Origin: an uncultured Nitrospiraceae bacterium | GTDB lineage: Bacteria > Nitrospirota > Thermodesulfovibrionia > Thermodesulfovibrionales > Dissulfurispiraceae | Direction of reading: 5' to 3' | Length of the DNA: 64,000 nucleotides | NCBI GenBank assembly: GCA_963727805.1 | Contig: CAVSHF010000003.1 | Location: 768,001 to 832,000, forward strand | Part shown: piece after piece, positions 23,515 through 32,879 of the stretch | Position numbering within the stretch: the stretch's first letter is position 1 | Layout: every line of letters starts with the position of its first letter | Translations under genes and position numbers: made by a program | The notes under the pieces: generated by a model | Seen by the model: only the letters and a program-made list of their open reading frames with translations | Databases searched by the model: none | What the model was told of the DNA's origin: nothing

Positions 23515-23622
23515 GAGAAATTTGCCTCTGCTGCAATTATGTCAATGCATGCGGTATTGTCGAAGTAGACGGTAAAATGTTTGAATCTATCAGTTCCCCC
23601 CCTGAGCCCTTGAATGAGGCTG

Positions 23623-23994
23623 TTACAAAGTCATTATTTTCACTTTATTCGAAACAATCCTTATTCTATTAGTGCAAGCTCTACCACTGCCAAAGAGTCG
23701 GAGAGTATACTGTTGGAATTTGCGGTCAGCAAAGACTATTTCTTTTTGCAGCACACGGTCAATTGAGCCTGCACCGATATTATCTATGACATCATTGAAA
23801 TCGATCTTCTTGCTGATATTTTGGACATTGTGAAATTCCGCCCGAACTTTCTGTCTTTTAGCTGCCCAACCCGTACCAGGGTAAATTTCTGCTTCTATTA
23901 CTATTTTCGTTTTATCTTTCTTTGCGATGGGAAAGATATAACAAATACTAACAATATTGCCATCATGCCAGTAAGGTAGTGATATTTGTTTCAT
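23623..23994 (-). CDS. Hypothetical protein (immunity-protein-like N-terminal WHDG motif)
   Basis: 123-aa ORF preceded by boundary repeat. Confidence 0.65.
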   Translation of the reverse strand: MKQISLPYWHDGNIVSICYIFPIAKKDKTKIVIEAEIYPGTGWAAKRQKVRAEFHNVQNISKKIDFNDVIDNIGAGSIDRVLQKEIVFADRKFQQYTLRLFGSGRACTNRIRIVSNKVKIMTL

Positions 23995-24029
23995 TATTCT
24001 TATTTATAACGATTAATATATTGAAGTCC

Positions 24030-24132
24030 TTTTCATCTTCTGCAACTATACCATAATATTTCGGGACTTTCTACTTATAATCTCGATCGCGCCATCCGGA
24101 GTGAAGACGCGATATTTCTAGCGGAAATGCTC
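24030..24132 (-). repeat. Cassette-boundary repeat (core ACTT 24073-24076)
   Basis: TTTTCATCTTCTGCAACTATACCA..CTACTTATAATC-N29-ATATTTC-N4-GGAAATGCTC. Confidence 0.85.
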
Positions 24133-24137
24133 AGGGA

Positions 24138-24614
24138 TTATTGTTGGTTGCCCGTCTTTTTTTCTTTGTGGTTAACCACACGAGTCTGTGCAATTCTATC
24201 ATGAAGTGTCCTTTTTTCGGGATCGAAGAAAGCCATAATATACCCTGAAAATAGTAGTACGGCACTAATGATTTCTGCCAAGAAGCGGTAAAGCGCTGAA
24301 CCAAAGGGAACCGGCTCACCTGATGCCATTACGACTTTAATCTTTAGGATGCGTTTCCCGACGGTCATGCCGGATTTAGAAACCATAATCGTTGAATAGA
24401 GGCAGGCACCGATAATTTGCAGTAATATAAACGAACCTATCATCATCATGAAACGCTCGTATGAATTAACCGAGGCCTGGAGACTATTTGTGGCAAAGCC
24501 TATCGTGGCAATAAATGCGAGCAGTGGATAAATTACAGCTATGATACAGGTATCTATTGCTTTTGCAATTAATCTACGACCAATTCCTGCATATTCAAAT
24601 TGATTCGAATCCAA
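24138..24614 (-). CDS. RDD-family membrane protein
   Basis: YAGIGRRLIAKAID, GMTVGKRILKIKVV, KRTLHDRIAQTRVV. Confidence 0.92.
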   Translation of the reverse strand: MDSNQFEYAGIGRRLIAKAIDTCIIAVIYPLLAFIATIGFATNSLQASVNSYERFMMMIGSFILLQIIGACLYSTIMVSKSGMTVGKRILKIKVVMASGEPVPFGSALYRFLAEIISAVLLFSGYIMAFFDPEKRTLHDRIAQTRVVNHKEKKTGNQQ

Positions 24615-24664
24615 TTATTATTCCTTATTTATGCTTACCGATAAATATACGAAATCCGCTATTC

Positions 24665-24777
24665 CCATCTTACTGCAACTATATCACAATATTACATCGG
24701 AACTAATCGTAGCTTCTACTTAAAATCTCGATGGCGGCAGTCGTAGTCAAGACACTATGTTTCAGTCGGAAATCAAT
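24665..24777 (-). repeat. Cassette-boundary repeat (core ACTT 24718-24721)
   Basis: CATCTTACTGCAACTATATCA..CTACTTAAAATC-N29-ATGTTTC-N4-GGAAATCAAT. Confidence 0.85.
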
Positions 24778-24840
24778 TATATCTTGTGTCTAAAATCAAG
24801 TGGTACGTTTTCAGAGCAGAGATCCGTTTCTGGTCTACCT

Positions 24841-25275
24841 TCAGTTTGTGCTTGTTTCATATTTTGAGATAATAGTCTTTAATAAATCTATTTTAGGATG
24901 TTCGGGATTGTGTTGTGCCAAGGCTGAATATAGCGCATATAAAAAGGAGGCTTTTGAATATCTTTGTTTTTCAAAGATGCGTAGATTATAATCTTCTGAC
25001 TTCATCAATATTTGCAAAGAAAGAAGCCCTCGGTCAATAGCATTCTCAAAATTGTTTTGTCTCATGTAATGACCAAACAGTTCTTCAGTGGCGATCTGAT
25101 AAGTTAAATCATCAGGATATTTTTCGTTCAGGGTCAAAACTTTTTCAAGATAATATATTGCGGAAGTGAAATCGCCGCGATCTCTGCTTCGAAAAGATTT
25201 TCCGAGGAAACGCGCGGCCTTGAATCGTGAATAAAAAGCCTTAATGGAACCGACAAATGCGCTCATTCTTTTCAC
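24841..25275 (-). CDS. Hypothetical helical (TPR-like) protein
   Basis: GDFTSAIYYLEKVL pattern; flanked by boundary repeats. Confidence 0.6.
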   Translation of the reverse strand: MKRMSAFVGSIKAFYSRFKAARFLGKSFRSRDRGDFTSAIYYLEKVLTLNEKYPDDLTYQIATEELFGHYMRQNNFENAIDRGLLSLQILMKSEDYNLRIFEKQRYSKASFLYALYSALAQHNPEHPKIDLLKTIISKYETSTN

Positions 25276-25353
25276 TATAGCACACCTTCATGAACAGAAC
25301 TAATAGTAACTACTTATACTCAACACCCTGGGAGCACAGCGCATTACTCGATG
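25273..25353 (-). repeat. Cassette-boundary repeat interrupted by group II intron (core ACTT 25312-25315; resumes at 25992)
   Basis: CACTATAGCA..TAACTACTTATACTC-N29-ATG|intron|TTTCTTCCGGAA restores motif and spacing exactly. Confidence 0.85.
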
Positions 25354-25991
25354 GTCGAGTAGGCCGGTGGAATCGCACCACCAGCCCCTCACAGATTCCG
25401 TACGTGAACCTCTCGATTCATACGGCTCGTGTCAATCATCAAGTTGAGTCTTTGCAGTCTCAACCATACACATTGAGCGATAGTTCCTCCTGGTCACCCA
25501 GTTGACTGGTACTCTTTGTGGATTGACCCATCCCCTTCCCTCCACGGCTTATTATCACCGCTTCATCGGTACTATTGGACGGTCCGACCCCTTCACCTGC
25601 ATCGATACTTTCCCCCTTCGTTTGCACTTATAGGGTTTTCTCTTAGCATCAGATGAAGAGTTCCCGCGTTCCACACAGGAGCCTAGATCAGCTTCATGCC
25701 GCCTCTATGCCGGACGCCGTTCAGGCAGTAAACAGGTATCTCCTGAACTAATCCTGATGCAAAGTAAGAACATCAGTTTTGACGTCGTCCTTTTCCTTTC
25801 GACACCTCATCAGCGGTTCGCTTACGCTCATCTCTCTGATCCATCCCTGACACGATCTAGTCGTGCCTTTTCCTTTAACGCTCACCACCGGAGCCTTTCG
25901 ACTACAGCAGCTTAAGGTGGGTTGAAGCCTGCTCCTGCAAGCCGGCTTCGAGGGGCCAACCCTCATCTTCCTGTGCAGCCTCGTGGCGCAC
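25354..25991 (-). ncRNA. ORF-less group II intron (638 nt, IIB-like)
   Basis: 5' GTGCG; domain V GAGCCGTATGAATCGAGAGGTTCACGTACGGAATC; domain VI ending CCTACTCGAC; no RT ORF. Confidence 0.92.
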
Positions 25992-26149
25992 TTTCTTCCG
26001 GAATTCATTAAAGACACTTGGTTCATGCACTACCAGCAACCTTGTTTTCGAATTTCCAAAAAGTATGGTGAGTGTCGCTTGTGCGTCTTTAAGCGTGATA
26101 ACAAGATTCCTCAGATAATTGATAGTCAGTATACACGTTTACAAATGCT

Positions 26150-26527
26150 CTAAGGGCAAATACCTATGCAACTAGCACCAGTCAGGCTAGCATTTGAAAT
26201 TATCTTTTTCACAAACTCCAGATACTCAGGTGAAGAAATATCGATCCCGATACCGACAGTTTGTACTCCATTAACAAGGCACTTTGTGTGCCTCTTTACA
26301 ATTCCCTCAAATATAGACCGATCATCTTTGATTGTCAGTGTCAGTGTCAGTGTAACAGGAGTCCCTATAGGTGGAGGCATGCGTCTTGGAATAAGAACAC
26401 CGTGTTTTGAAATATCGATAGTTCTCATTTCATAGGTCATACCGTCATATTCTAATAGTGCACTAAGTCTCCTATCGTACCTCGGACTTCTTCTCTTCTC
26501 CGAACCACCAAACCGTCCCTTTGTCAT
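26150..26527 (-). CDS. PilZ-domain protein
   Basis: EKRRSPRY (RxxxR) and DISKHG (DxSxxG) motifs. Confidence 0.85.
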   Translation of the reverse strand: MTKGRFGGSEKRRSPRYDRRLSALLEYDGMTYEMRTIDISKHGVLIPRRMPPPIGTPVTLTLTLTIKDDRSIFEGIVKRHTKCLVNGVQTVGIGIDISSPEYLEFVKKIISNASLTGASCIGICP

Positions 26528-26999
26528 AACCCTGTCATCTCCGTATTCATTTACTGCTGATTCATTACTATAAAGATATTGTCTCCTAATCGGCTTTGGT
26601 TATCAAGGAGAATTTACAATTAATTGGGGAAAAGTCTTACTTTCTTTATGTTCGGTGATGTGTGTCACGAATGACACCCACAAAATTACCCTTGGGAGGA
26701 GACAACCCTGAGCCGCTGTTTGCCTGAGAGAAAAGTATCAGAAGTTCAAATGCGTATTTTTCGGCGTTTAAGGACACCCATTCCGGATCATCGCAGCACC
26801 ATATCGGACAGTTCATGAGGGCCCCAACCAATCACGTCTAATTTCCTTAGAAGCGAATCAGCTTGTGGAGATTCTCTCTGTGGGGTTCACTTGATACCCA
26901 GCGCTTCATCCTTCTTGCCAAGAATGTTCATTACGAACGTAACTATCGAAATTAGATTCTCAATAACTACTCCTACGCATCAAATATGGTATAACCAAG

Positions 27000-27152
27000 T
27001 TATGGACGGTTGTTAACCGCTCATAAAGGGGCAGGAGGACGTTAACTACAGGGTCATTGAATCCTTTTATCAGTCAGTCCCCTGTCTCCCAAAAGCCATG
27101 ATAAGTTGATAGGGCTAAGAGCTCTTGTAAACATGGAGATATGGTTGGGAGG
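27000..27152 (+). ncRNA. Putative bridge RNA of IS110 copy 1
   Basis: 5' hairpin, then two stems each with a large internal loop and apical hairpin; loop segments GTTAACTAC and TTATCAGT match the target, AGTTGAT and GGAG match the donor. Confidence 0.75.
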
Positions 27153-27189
27153 CATCCTGCCTAAGATCCTATGTGGGAGGTGCTTGGAA

Positions 27190-28386
27190 ATGAGCAAAGC
27201 ATTCATTGGCATCGATGTGTCAAAAGAGCATTCGGCTGCCCAAGGCATCGATAGTGACGAAAAGAAGCTTTTTTACTTAAGGTTTTCGATGGACTCAGCA
27301 GGGTTTGCAGAGCTTCGGACTGCGATTAAAAGATGCGCTGTGAACCTGGATGATATTGCTGTTGCGATGGAGTCCACCGGCTGTTATCATATCAACCTCT
27401 TTTCCTTCCTATGTGCGGAGGGACTTCGTTGTGTGGTAGTAAATCCGCTTCTAATATCCAAGTTTGTTCAGGGGTCATTGAGAAAGACCAAGACAGATAA
27501 GAAGGATGCGATGACCATAGCGCAGTTTCTTCTGAACAATGAAAAGAAGCTTTACTCCGTGACCGAGTCCCAGGATGCACAGGATCTCAGGGATCTGGCC
27601 AGAGAACGGGAGTCTCAATCATGGATGATTGCAACACTGAAGAATGACCTCAAAAGGTTGCTGCAGAGCACTTTCCCTGAGTTTGAGACACTCCGCAAGA
27701 ATATTTACACTAAGACGATGCTGAACTTTCTTACGCAGTATCCTTCGGCCAGATTAATACGGGAGGCAAAGAGAAAAGATATCGACAAAGCGCTCATCTG
27801 TCCCGGGGAGAAGCGAAAGAGAGTACAGATTAGTGCTGACGATCTTATCAATGCGGCAAAGCGTTCGGTGGGCTCAGCTGGTATAGCAAAGGAGCTTATT
27901 GTCTCTGAGAAAGCAACAACGATCCTATACCTTGAGGAAAAGTGTGAGAAGATTACCGAGGAATTGGTGGATGCGTGTGAGGCAACACAGATCGAAGATC
28001 TTGAGATAATGAAGACTCTCGATGGAGTGAAAGACATTACTGGATCGACCTTTTTAGCAGAGATGGGAGAGCTATCCAATTACAAGTCATATAAGAGTTT
28101 GATAGCTTTTATGGGGCTTGATCCATCTACCAATCAGTCAGGGCAGCATGTGGGGCCAAGCAAAATATCGAAACGAGGGAATCGTCATCTGAGGCGAGTC
28201 ATCCATATAATGACAATGTGTTCAATAAAGTCTGACAATATATTCAGACAATACTATCTTAGAAGGATAGCCGAAGGATTGCCTAAGATGAAGGCATTAA
28301 TGGCGACATCTCACAAACTGATCAGAGTGATCTTCTCTATGCTTTCACATAGAACGACTTTTAAAAAGGAGGTGGCTGCTGCATAG
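27190..28386 (+). CDS. IS110-family recombinase/transposase
   Basis: GIDVSK, MESTGCYH, KTKTDKKDA, GLDPSTNQSG, SKRGNRHLR; GGAGG RBS before 27190. Confidence 0.96.
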   Translation: MSKAFIGIDVSKEHSAAQGIDSDEKKLFYLRFSMDSAGFAELRTAIKRCAVNLDDIAVAMESTGCYHINLFSFLCAEGLRCVVVNPLLISKFVQGSLRKTKTDKKDAMTIAQFLLNNEKKLYSVTESQDAQDLRDLARERESQSWMIATLKNDLKRLLQSTFPEFETLRKNIYTKTMLNFLTQYPSARLIREAKRKDIDKALICPGEKRKRVQISADDLINAAKRSVGSAGIAKELIVSEKATTILYLEEKCEKITEELVDACEATQIEDLEIMKTLDGVKDITGSTFLAEMGELSNYKSYKSLIAFMGLDPSTNQSGQHVGPSKISKRGNRHLRRVIHIMTMCSIKSDNIFRQYYLRRIAEGLPKMKALMATSHKLIRVIFSMLSHRTTFKKEVAAA

Positions 28387-28389
28387 TTG

Positions 28390-28449
28390 ACTTATAATCG
28401 TGAGTGCGCCCAAAACGTTCAGGATGCTATGTTACGAATGGTAATGTTT
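28390..28449 (-). repeat. Right arm of boundary repeat abutting IS110 copy 1
   Basis: ACTTATAATC-N29-ATGTTAC-N4-GGTAATG; overlaps the stop codon of 28432..28902. Confidence 0.85.
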
Positions 28450-28902
28450 AAAGTGGAGCTTCGCCTCTTCAGGGGTATAATAAGCACGAAGTATTCCGGA
28501 AATCACAAGGTCCCCCAATAATTCCACGGGCACTGCTTGTCCGACAGAAACGCACTCTCTATGAAAATTGTCACCTGCAAGAAACTGAATTTCGCCATGC
28601 CTTTCAATTTGAATCGCCCCGATCTTGTGAACAATACGTCCCTCTGGCAACACTTCTTTGAGAATGGGAGCAATCGTTTGCGGTGTCAGCGGTATTACAA
28701 TAAATCTACTGTCTTCATTCCATTCGCGTGTGAAGGGCGGTAGGACATTTTCAATGACGCCTGGAATAGTTCCGAAGTGCATCTCGCTCATTGCTTCTAT
28801 ATCGCCTTCAAGTGCAATGTGCGCATCTCCAGCAAGCATGCGCATAAGAGCGGTTAAGAGTGCTGGCTTATCTCTTGGATCGAGGATATAAGCTTTCTTC
28901 AT
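28432..28902 (-). CDS. Hypothetical protein (single-gene cassette-like unit)
   Basis: 156-aa ORF bounded by repeat cores at 28390 and 28954. Confidence 0.7.
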   Translation of the reverse strand: MKKAYILDPRDKPALLTALMRMLAGDAHIALEGDIEAMSEMHFGTIPGVIENVLPPFTREWNEDSRFIVIPLTPQTIAPILKEVLPEGRIVHKIGAIQIERHGEIQFLAGDNFHRECVSVGQAVPVELLGDLVISGILRAYYTPEEAKLHFKHYHS

Positions 28903-28904
28903 TT

Positions 28905-29013
28905 TTTCTGAAACTATAGCATACTTTTCTCACCAGAACGAATGGTAGCTCCTACTTAAAATCAACATCGTGGGGACACGTCTCATTGTACAATGTTTCT
29001 ACCTGAAATAGAG
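28905..29013 (-). repeat. Cassette-boundary repeat (core ACTT 28954-28957)
   Basis: TCTGAAACTATAGCA..CTACTTAAAATC-N29-ATGTTTC-N4-TGAAAT. Confidence 0.82.
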
Positions 29014-29100
29014 AGGCGTACCCTATAATCAGCAACAACCCCTGTATTTAAGAATTTTGGGATATTGAAATTCCAAACAAGATCTAAGGCCGCCGGGAAA

Positions 29101-30615
29101 TTACTCAACATCGTACCTTTTCATCCAGTTTGAGAGCGTCTGGTAATTTGGGAGGCCCAGGAGTTTGGCCATTTCAGTCTTGTTCTTGCCAGCCTCTTCA
29201 GAGGCGCGTTTCAGATAGTGGCGGGCTACATCCGACATAAGGGCTGCAAGGCTGAACCCGCTCCCCAGGCTGCGGTTGAGAATTCTGCCTTTGCCCTTTT
29301 CAGTGCTGCTCAGAGGAAACAGTGCAGCGCGTATATCATCGGCCTCAATTGTCCGGCCGGGCGTCCATATCGCTGCCCGTGAAATAGTGTTGAAAAGCTC
29401 GCGGATGTTTCCAGGCCAAGGATGTTGCTGTAGAATATGCCTAGCTCCCGCGGAAAAGGTTTTTCTCTCCCAGCCCGGTTTGCCCTCGAATTGCCCATTT
29501 ATTTTTATAAGGATATCGTCGATCAGTGGACTGATATCACCGCGCCGTTCGCGCAGTGGAGGCAGCTGCAGCACTCCCACTGCTATGCGATGGAACAGGT
29601 CCTCCCTGAAGCGGCCCGAAAAAACCTCCTCTATAAGGTTGCTGTTGGTTGCCGCGATAATCCTTACATCGATGTCCTGGCATTTACTGGATCCCACCTG
29701 CGTGACTACGCCCTCTTCTATGGCACGCAAGAGTTTCACTTGGGCCAATAGTGGGAGCTCTCCGATCTCATCAAGAAATAACGTACCTTCGTTGGCCTCG
29801 ATAAAATGGCCGTCACGCGCGCTCGACGCCCCCGTAAATGCTCCTTTAGTATGCCCGAAGAACTCCGATTCAACCAGTTCCGGAGGGATAGAACCGCAGT
29901 TGACTGCAACAAAGGGCTTATCGTATCTCGGACTCGATGTGTGTATTGCCCGTGCGAAAAGCTCTTTGCCAGTCCCGGATTCTCCCTGGAGAAGGACTGG
30001 CACATCGTGTACAGCAAGTCTTCGAGCCTGTGCAATAACCCTTTCCATGGCCTTGCACCGATGGATTATGGAAGCGAATTCAGGCGACTCAGGCGGCAGC
30101 CCACGGGTCATCTTCAGGATTTCATCATCCGGATACCGGGACTCGTCATTGCCATTTGAAGCGGTTATATCGAAGGGCAATGAAACGGTTCGGACACCGT
30201 ATTTTCGTGAAGTCTGGATGATCTCAGCGGGATGGACTGTTTTTGACAAAAGTATCCATGCTGCCACCATGGCGAGTGATCCGGAGCTCAGATGGAATGT
30301 CTTGCGGAGGGATTTTTCCCCGAGTCTGCGGTTCACATCTCTTATAGCTGAGACAGCAGCATCATAGGTTTCCTTGAACTGATCATAAGCAGACAGATCG
30401 ACATGGTATTTCATGACCTTGATCCGGGTCACTGACTTGAGCCAGTCAATATATCCTTGCTCCTCTTCTTCAGCGAAAACGGACAGCAGGACGATATGTG
30501 TAAAGGGCCGATTAGTCAAGGCTTCCCCGATCGGCCCCAGATTTTCTCCGTGTTTTCTCCCGCAAGCGGCGAGATCGTTTTTACCGATCCAGGCAAACAA
30601 GACGTTGTTCTTCAT
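29101..30615 (-). CDS. Sigma-54-dependent transcriptional activator with RtcR-like N-terminal domain
   Basis: GESGTGKE, GAFTGA, LFLDEIGE, WPGNIREL, C-terminal HTH. Confidence 0.92.
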   Translation of the reverse strand: MKNNVLFAWIGKNDLAACGRKHGENLGPIGEALTNRPFTHIVLLSVFAEEEEQGYIDWLKSVTRIKVMKYHVDLSAYDQFKETYDAAVSAIRDVNRRLGEKSLRKTFHLSSGSLAMVAAWILLSKTVHPAEIIQTSRKYGVRTVSLPFDITASNGNDESRYPDDEILKMTRGLPPESPEFASIIHRCKAMERVIAQARRLAVHDVPVLLQGESGTGKELFARAIHTSSPRYDKPFVAVNCGSIPPELVESEFFGHTKGAFTGASSARDGHFIEANEGTLFLDEIGELPLLAQVKLLRAIEEGVVTQVGSSKCQDIDVRIIAATNSNLIEEVFSGRFREDLFHRIAVGVLQLPPLRERRGDISPLIDDILIKINGQFEGKPGWERKTFSAGARHILQQHPWPGNIRELFNTISRAAIWTPGRTIEADDIRAALFPLSSTEKGKGRILNRSLGSGFSLAALMSDVARHYLKRASEEAGKNKTEMAKLLGLPNYQTLSNWMKRYDVE

Positions 30616-30672
30616 ATGGAAATCATATACAAACTTTCTTGTATTTTACAAGATATTTTATCAAAGTAATCC

Positions 30673-31074
30673 CTATTCATTGTCGCTATCTTGAGGCTTT
30701 ATCTTTTCAATTATATGCGGCATCAATTCCGACAACCTATCTGACCACGCTTTTTTACTGCTGAGGGCATATACGTCAAGCTCACCCTGTTTATTGACAC
30801 TTAATAGGGCTACTGGGGAAACCTTAAGTCCACCGCCGGTACCTCCTCCTTTTCCCTCGCCCTTGCATTGGCCATTCACCCCCCTTTTTTCGTCCTTGCC
30901 CCCGCCTTCACCCTCGCCCATAAAGCCTCCGCCGGCGACCCCCAGACTAATCTCAAAGAGAGGCACTATGGTCTTATCGTTTATGACTATCGATGTACCA
31001 ATGACAGTTTCTTTTACCGTAGTCCCCTCAAGTTTGCTAAAAAGTGTTTCAATCAGCATCTTCACATGTTCCAT
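30673..31074 (-). CDS. GerW/YtfJ-family protein
   Basis: TVIGT.I....TIVP..EISLG..GGG and GGTGGGLKVSPVALL motifs. Confidence 0.85.
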   Translation of the reverse strand: MEHVKMLIETLFSKLEGTTVKETVIGTSIVINDKTIVPLFEISLGVAGGGFMGEGEGGGKDEKRGVNGQCKGEGKGGGTGGGLKVSPVALLSVNKQGELDVYALSSKKAWSDRLSELMPHIIEKIKPQDSDNE

Positions 31075-31753
31075 TCTTTCTTCCTCCCTTTATACAAGCA
31101 ATTAAAAATGTCGTTCCCCGGCGTGATAACAGAAATCCCAGAAGAATAAGCATCAGGCTTCCAATAACAATCCGAAATCCCAAAATACCCTCGGCAAGAT
31201 ACCGCTCTCGCTCAAAATCAGGTTCAATGTGTATGGGGAAGGGTATTGTGGCTAGCCCGGCCGCCAAAATGCCGACGCAGAGCCCGGTTTCCGCCGGATT
31301 TCCAAATCCTAGAGTGAAGTTCACCTGTACAGATGGAGAAAAGCTTCTATGTATTTTGCGCACCAGACTAATCAACAAAGGGATATGCTGCAAAACGGAC
31401 GATACCATTTCTGCCGTGAGATGTGATCGCCTGTTGAAATATTTGCGCCTCCTATTTCCCCCCGAATTTTTTCTAAAAAGTAAGATGGGTTTTCCACCCA
31501 ATAACACGATAATCTCCTTGGGGACTCGGTTGTATTTGACAACTGTAATGCCCCACATCCAAGTTATCGCGAGGTCTCCCGCCAACTTACCGTCGAAGAC
31601 TGCCTTTAAGGTTATTCGGAAAGGCACAAAAAGTATGGTGACGATTACGATCGCAAGGGGAATCAAAAACGCAATGGCCATAGCTCGGACCGAATCATAT
31701 CCAAGAACCAGATTTATAAACACAGGTCCGATCACGTTCTTTCTATTTCTCAA
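31049..31753 (-). CDS. DUF2953/YtfI-like membrane protein (true start may be downstream)
   Basis: GFGNPAETGLCVG, IEPDFE motifs; adjacent to the YtfJ-like gene. Confidence 0.7.
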   Translation of the reverse strand: MRNRKNVIGPVFINLVLGYDSVRAMAIAFLIPLAIVIVTILFVPFRITLKAVFDGKLAGDLAITWMWGITVVKYNRVPKEIIVLLGGKPILLFRKNSGGNRRRKYFNRRSHLTAEMVSSVLQHIPLLISLVRKIHRSFSPSVQVNFTLGFGNPAETGLCVGILAAGLATIPFPIHIEPDFERERYLAEGILGFRIVIGSLMLILLGFLLSRRGTTFLIACIKGGRKNGTCEDAD

Positions 31754-31934
31754 ACATATTCATTTTATAAGTTATAAGCCCAATTTTTTTGAAGGTAATG
31801 CGAACAATAATAAAAGGCATGCAGAACAGCGTGACATATGTCATTACATAACCAGCTAATGCTTCAACAAGCAGAACTCCATGCCATTTCATTTTAAACC
31901 ATCCCATAACACCTTCCTCTGGTACTGCAGACAT
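31743..31934 (-). CDS. Small hypothetical membrane protein
   Basis: Hydrophobic 63-aa ORF in the same operon-like run. Confidence 0.4.
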   Translation of the reverse strand: MSAVPEEGVMGWFKMKWHGVLLVEALAGYVMTYVTLFCMPFIIVRITFKKIGLITYKMNMFEK

Positions 31935-32078
31935 CAGTTTTAATAAGTATCTTTCACCGGGTCTCCTGCAAAAAAGCTCCTTTTTCTACTGCTGCCCCGG
32001 ATATATAGCGGTGGAGGACGATGCCCCTCCCATCTGTTTCTTCTATCCTCTGCTTAAATACTTATTGCAACTGTAATA

Positions 32079-32813
32079 TCACGCATAGAAATCAGCATGG
32101 ACATCCTGCCCGTCATAATATGCTGACATATGTGCGGAGGCCATTGTATCGGCTTCGACAGTTTCAAAGGCAGTACCGGGATCCATGACGATGAGATATT
32201 CGGAGCCGCTCACCTGTTGGCTCGAGATGTCTGATTCCCGGCATTCAACAGCTAACAGTTTTACACTCTCACCCAAGAGAGCAGGAGAACAAAACTTTCC
32301 GAGATACCCAGAAGGGATGGAAACGTCCCGTCCCTGAACACTTTTAACTATCTCGTCGTCACGAGGAACAAATGGTCGATTATCTAATATCCTGAAGAAT
32401 GACAGCTTCCATCTTCTCCCTGTGTCAAGTTTTACATGCAGAAGACCTCTCGAGTCGCCTCCACGGGGAGACACTATAAGAAAGTCTCCCCTAGCCGTCA
32501 TTGTGACGCAACATTCCAATAATGCTGTGTATTCAGCGACACGAGTCTTTCTAATCATGTGCCGGTCATTACATGCCTGATCGCAGCTTGCACGAAACTT
32601 CTTTCGCGGACATCCATGATCAAGCTGATTATACCGACACTGCCACCCATCTTCCCTGAAAGCGGTTTGCAGAGAGCTTGCCAGTCTGGTACTGATGCCT
32701 ATTCTGGTATATGGACCGGGCCCCCCCGCGCCTAACCCAATATGCGGATAGGGTAAGGGAATGATAGGGATACCCTTTGTCACCCGATCTCCTTCTAACT
32801 CAAAGCATCTCAT
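32079..32813 (-). CDS. Hypothetical protein
   Basis: ATG 32813 with AGGAG RBS, downstream of a sigma-54 promoter. Confidence 0.65.
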   Translation of the reverse strand: MRCFELEGDRVTKGIPIIPLPYPHIGLGAGGPGPYTRIGISTRLASSLQTAFREDGWQCRYNQLDHGCPRKKFRASCDQACNDRHMIRKTRVAEYTALLECCVTMTARGDFLIVSPRGGDSRGLLHVKLDTGRRWKLSFFRILDNRPFVPRDDEIVKSVQGRDVSIPSGYLGKFCSPALLGESVKLLAVECRESDISSQQVSGSEYLIVMDPGTAFETVEADTMASAHMSAYYDGQDVHADFYA

Positions 32814-32864
32814 TGAATCTCTCCTTTGTTGATCGGACTCCTTGTGCAAGCTATTCATAGTAAA

Positions 32865-32879
32865 GCAATAGACATGCCA
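32865..32879 (-). promoter_or_regulatory. Sigma-54 (-24/-12) promoter
   Basis: TGGCAT-GTCTA-TTGC on the minus strand. Confidence 0.75.

Larger units (their letters stand above)
26888..28393 (+). mobile_element. IS110-family element copy 1 (outer duplicated limit 26888; minimal IS probably starts at 26969)
   Basis: Matches 34229-35734; DEDD recombinase; no terminal IRs; ACT(T) core at both ends. Confidence 0.93.

Noticed and set aside
23521..23600. Possible extra boundary repeat (CTGCAATTAT..ATGTTTG) between the two genes of one unit
   Set aside because: Lacks the ACTT core and consensus spacing; too degenerate to call.
25748..26026. 92-aa ORF at the intron 5' end
   Set aside because: Overlaps ribozyme domain I and has no reverse-transcriptase motifs.
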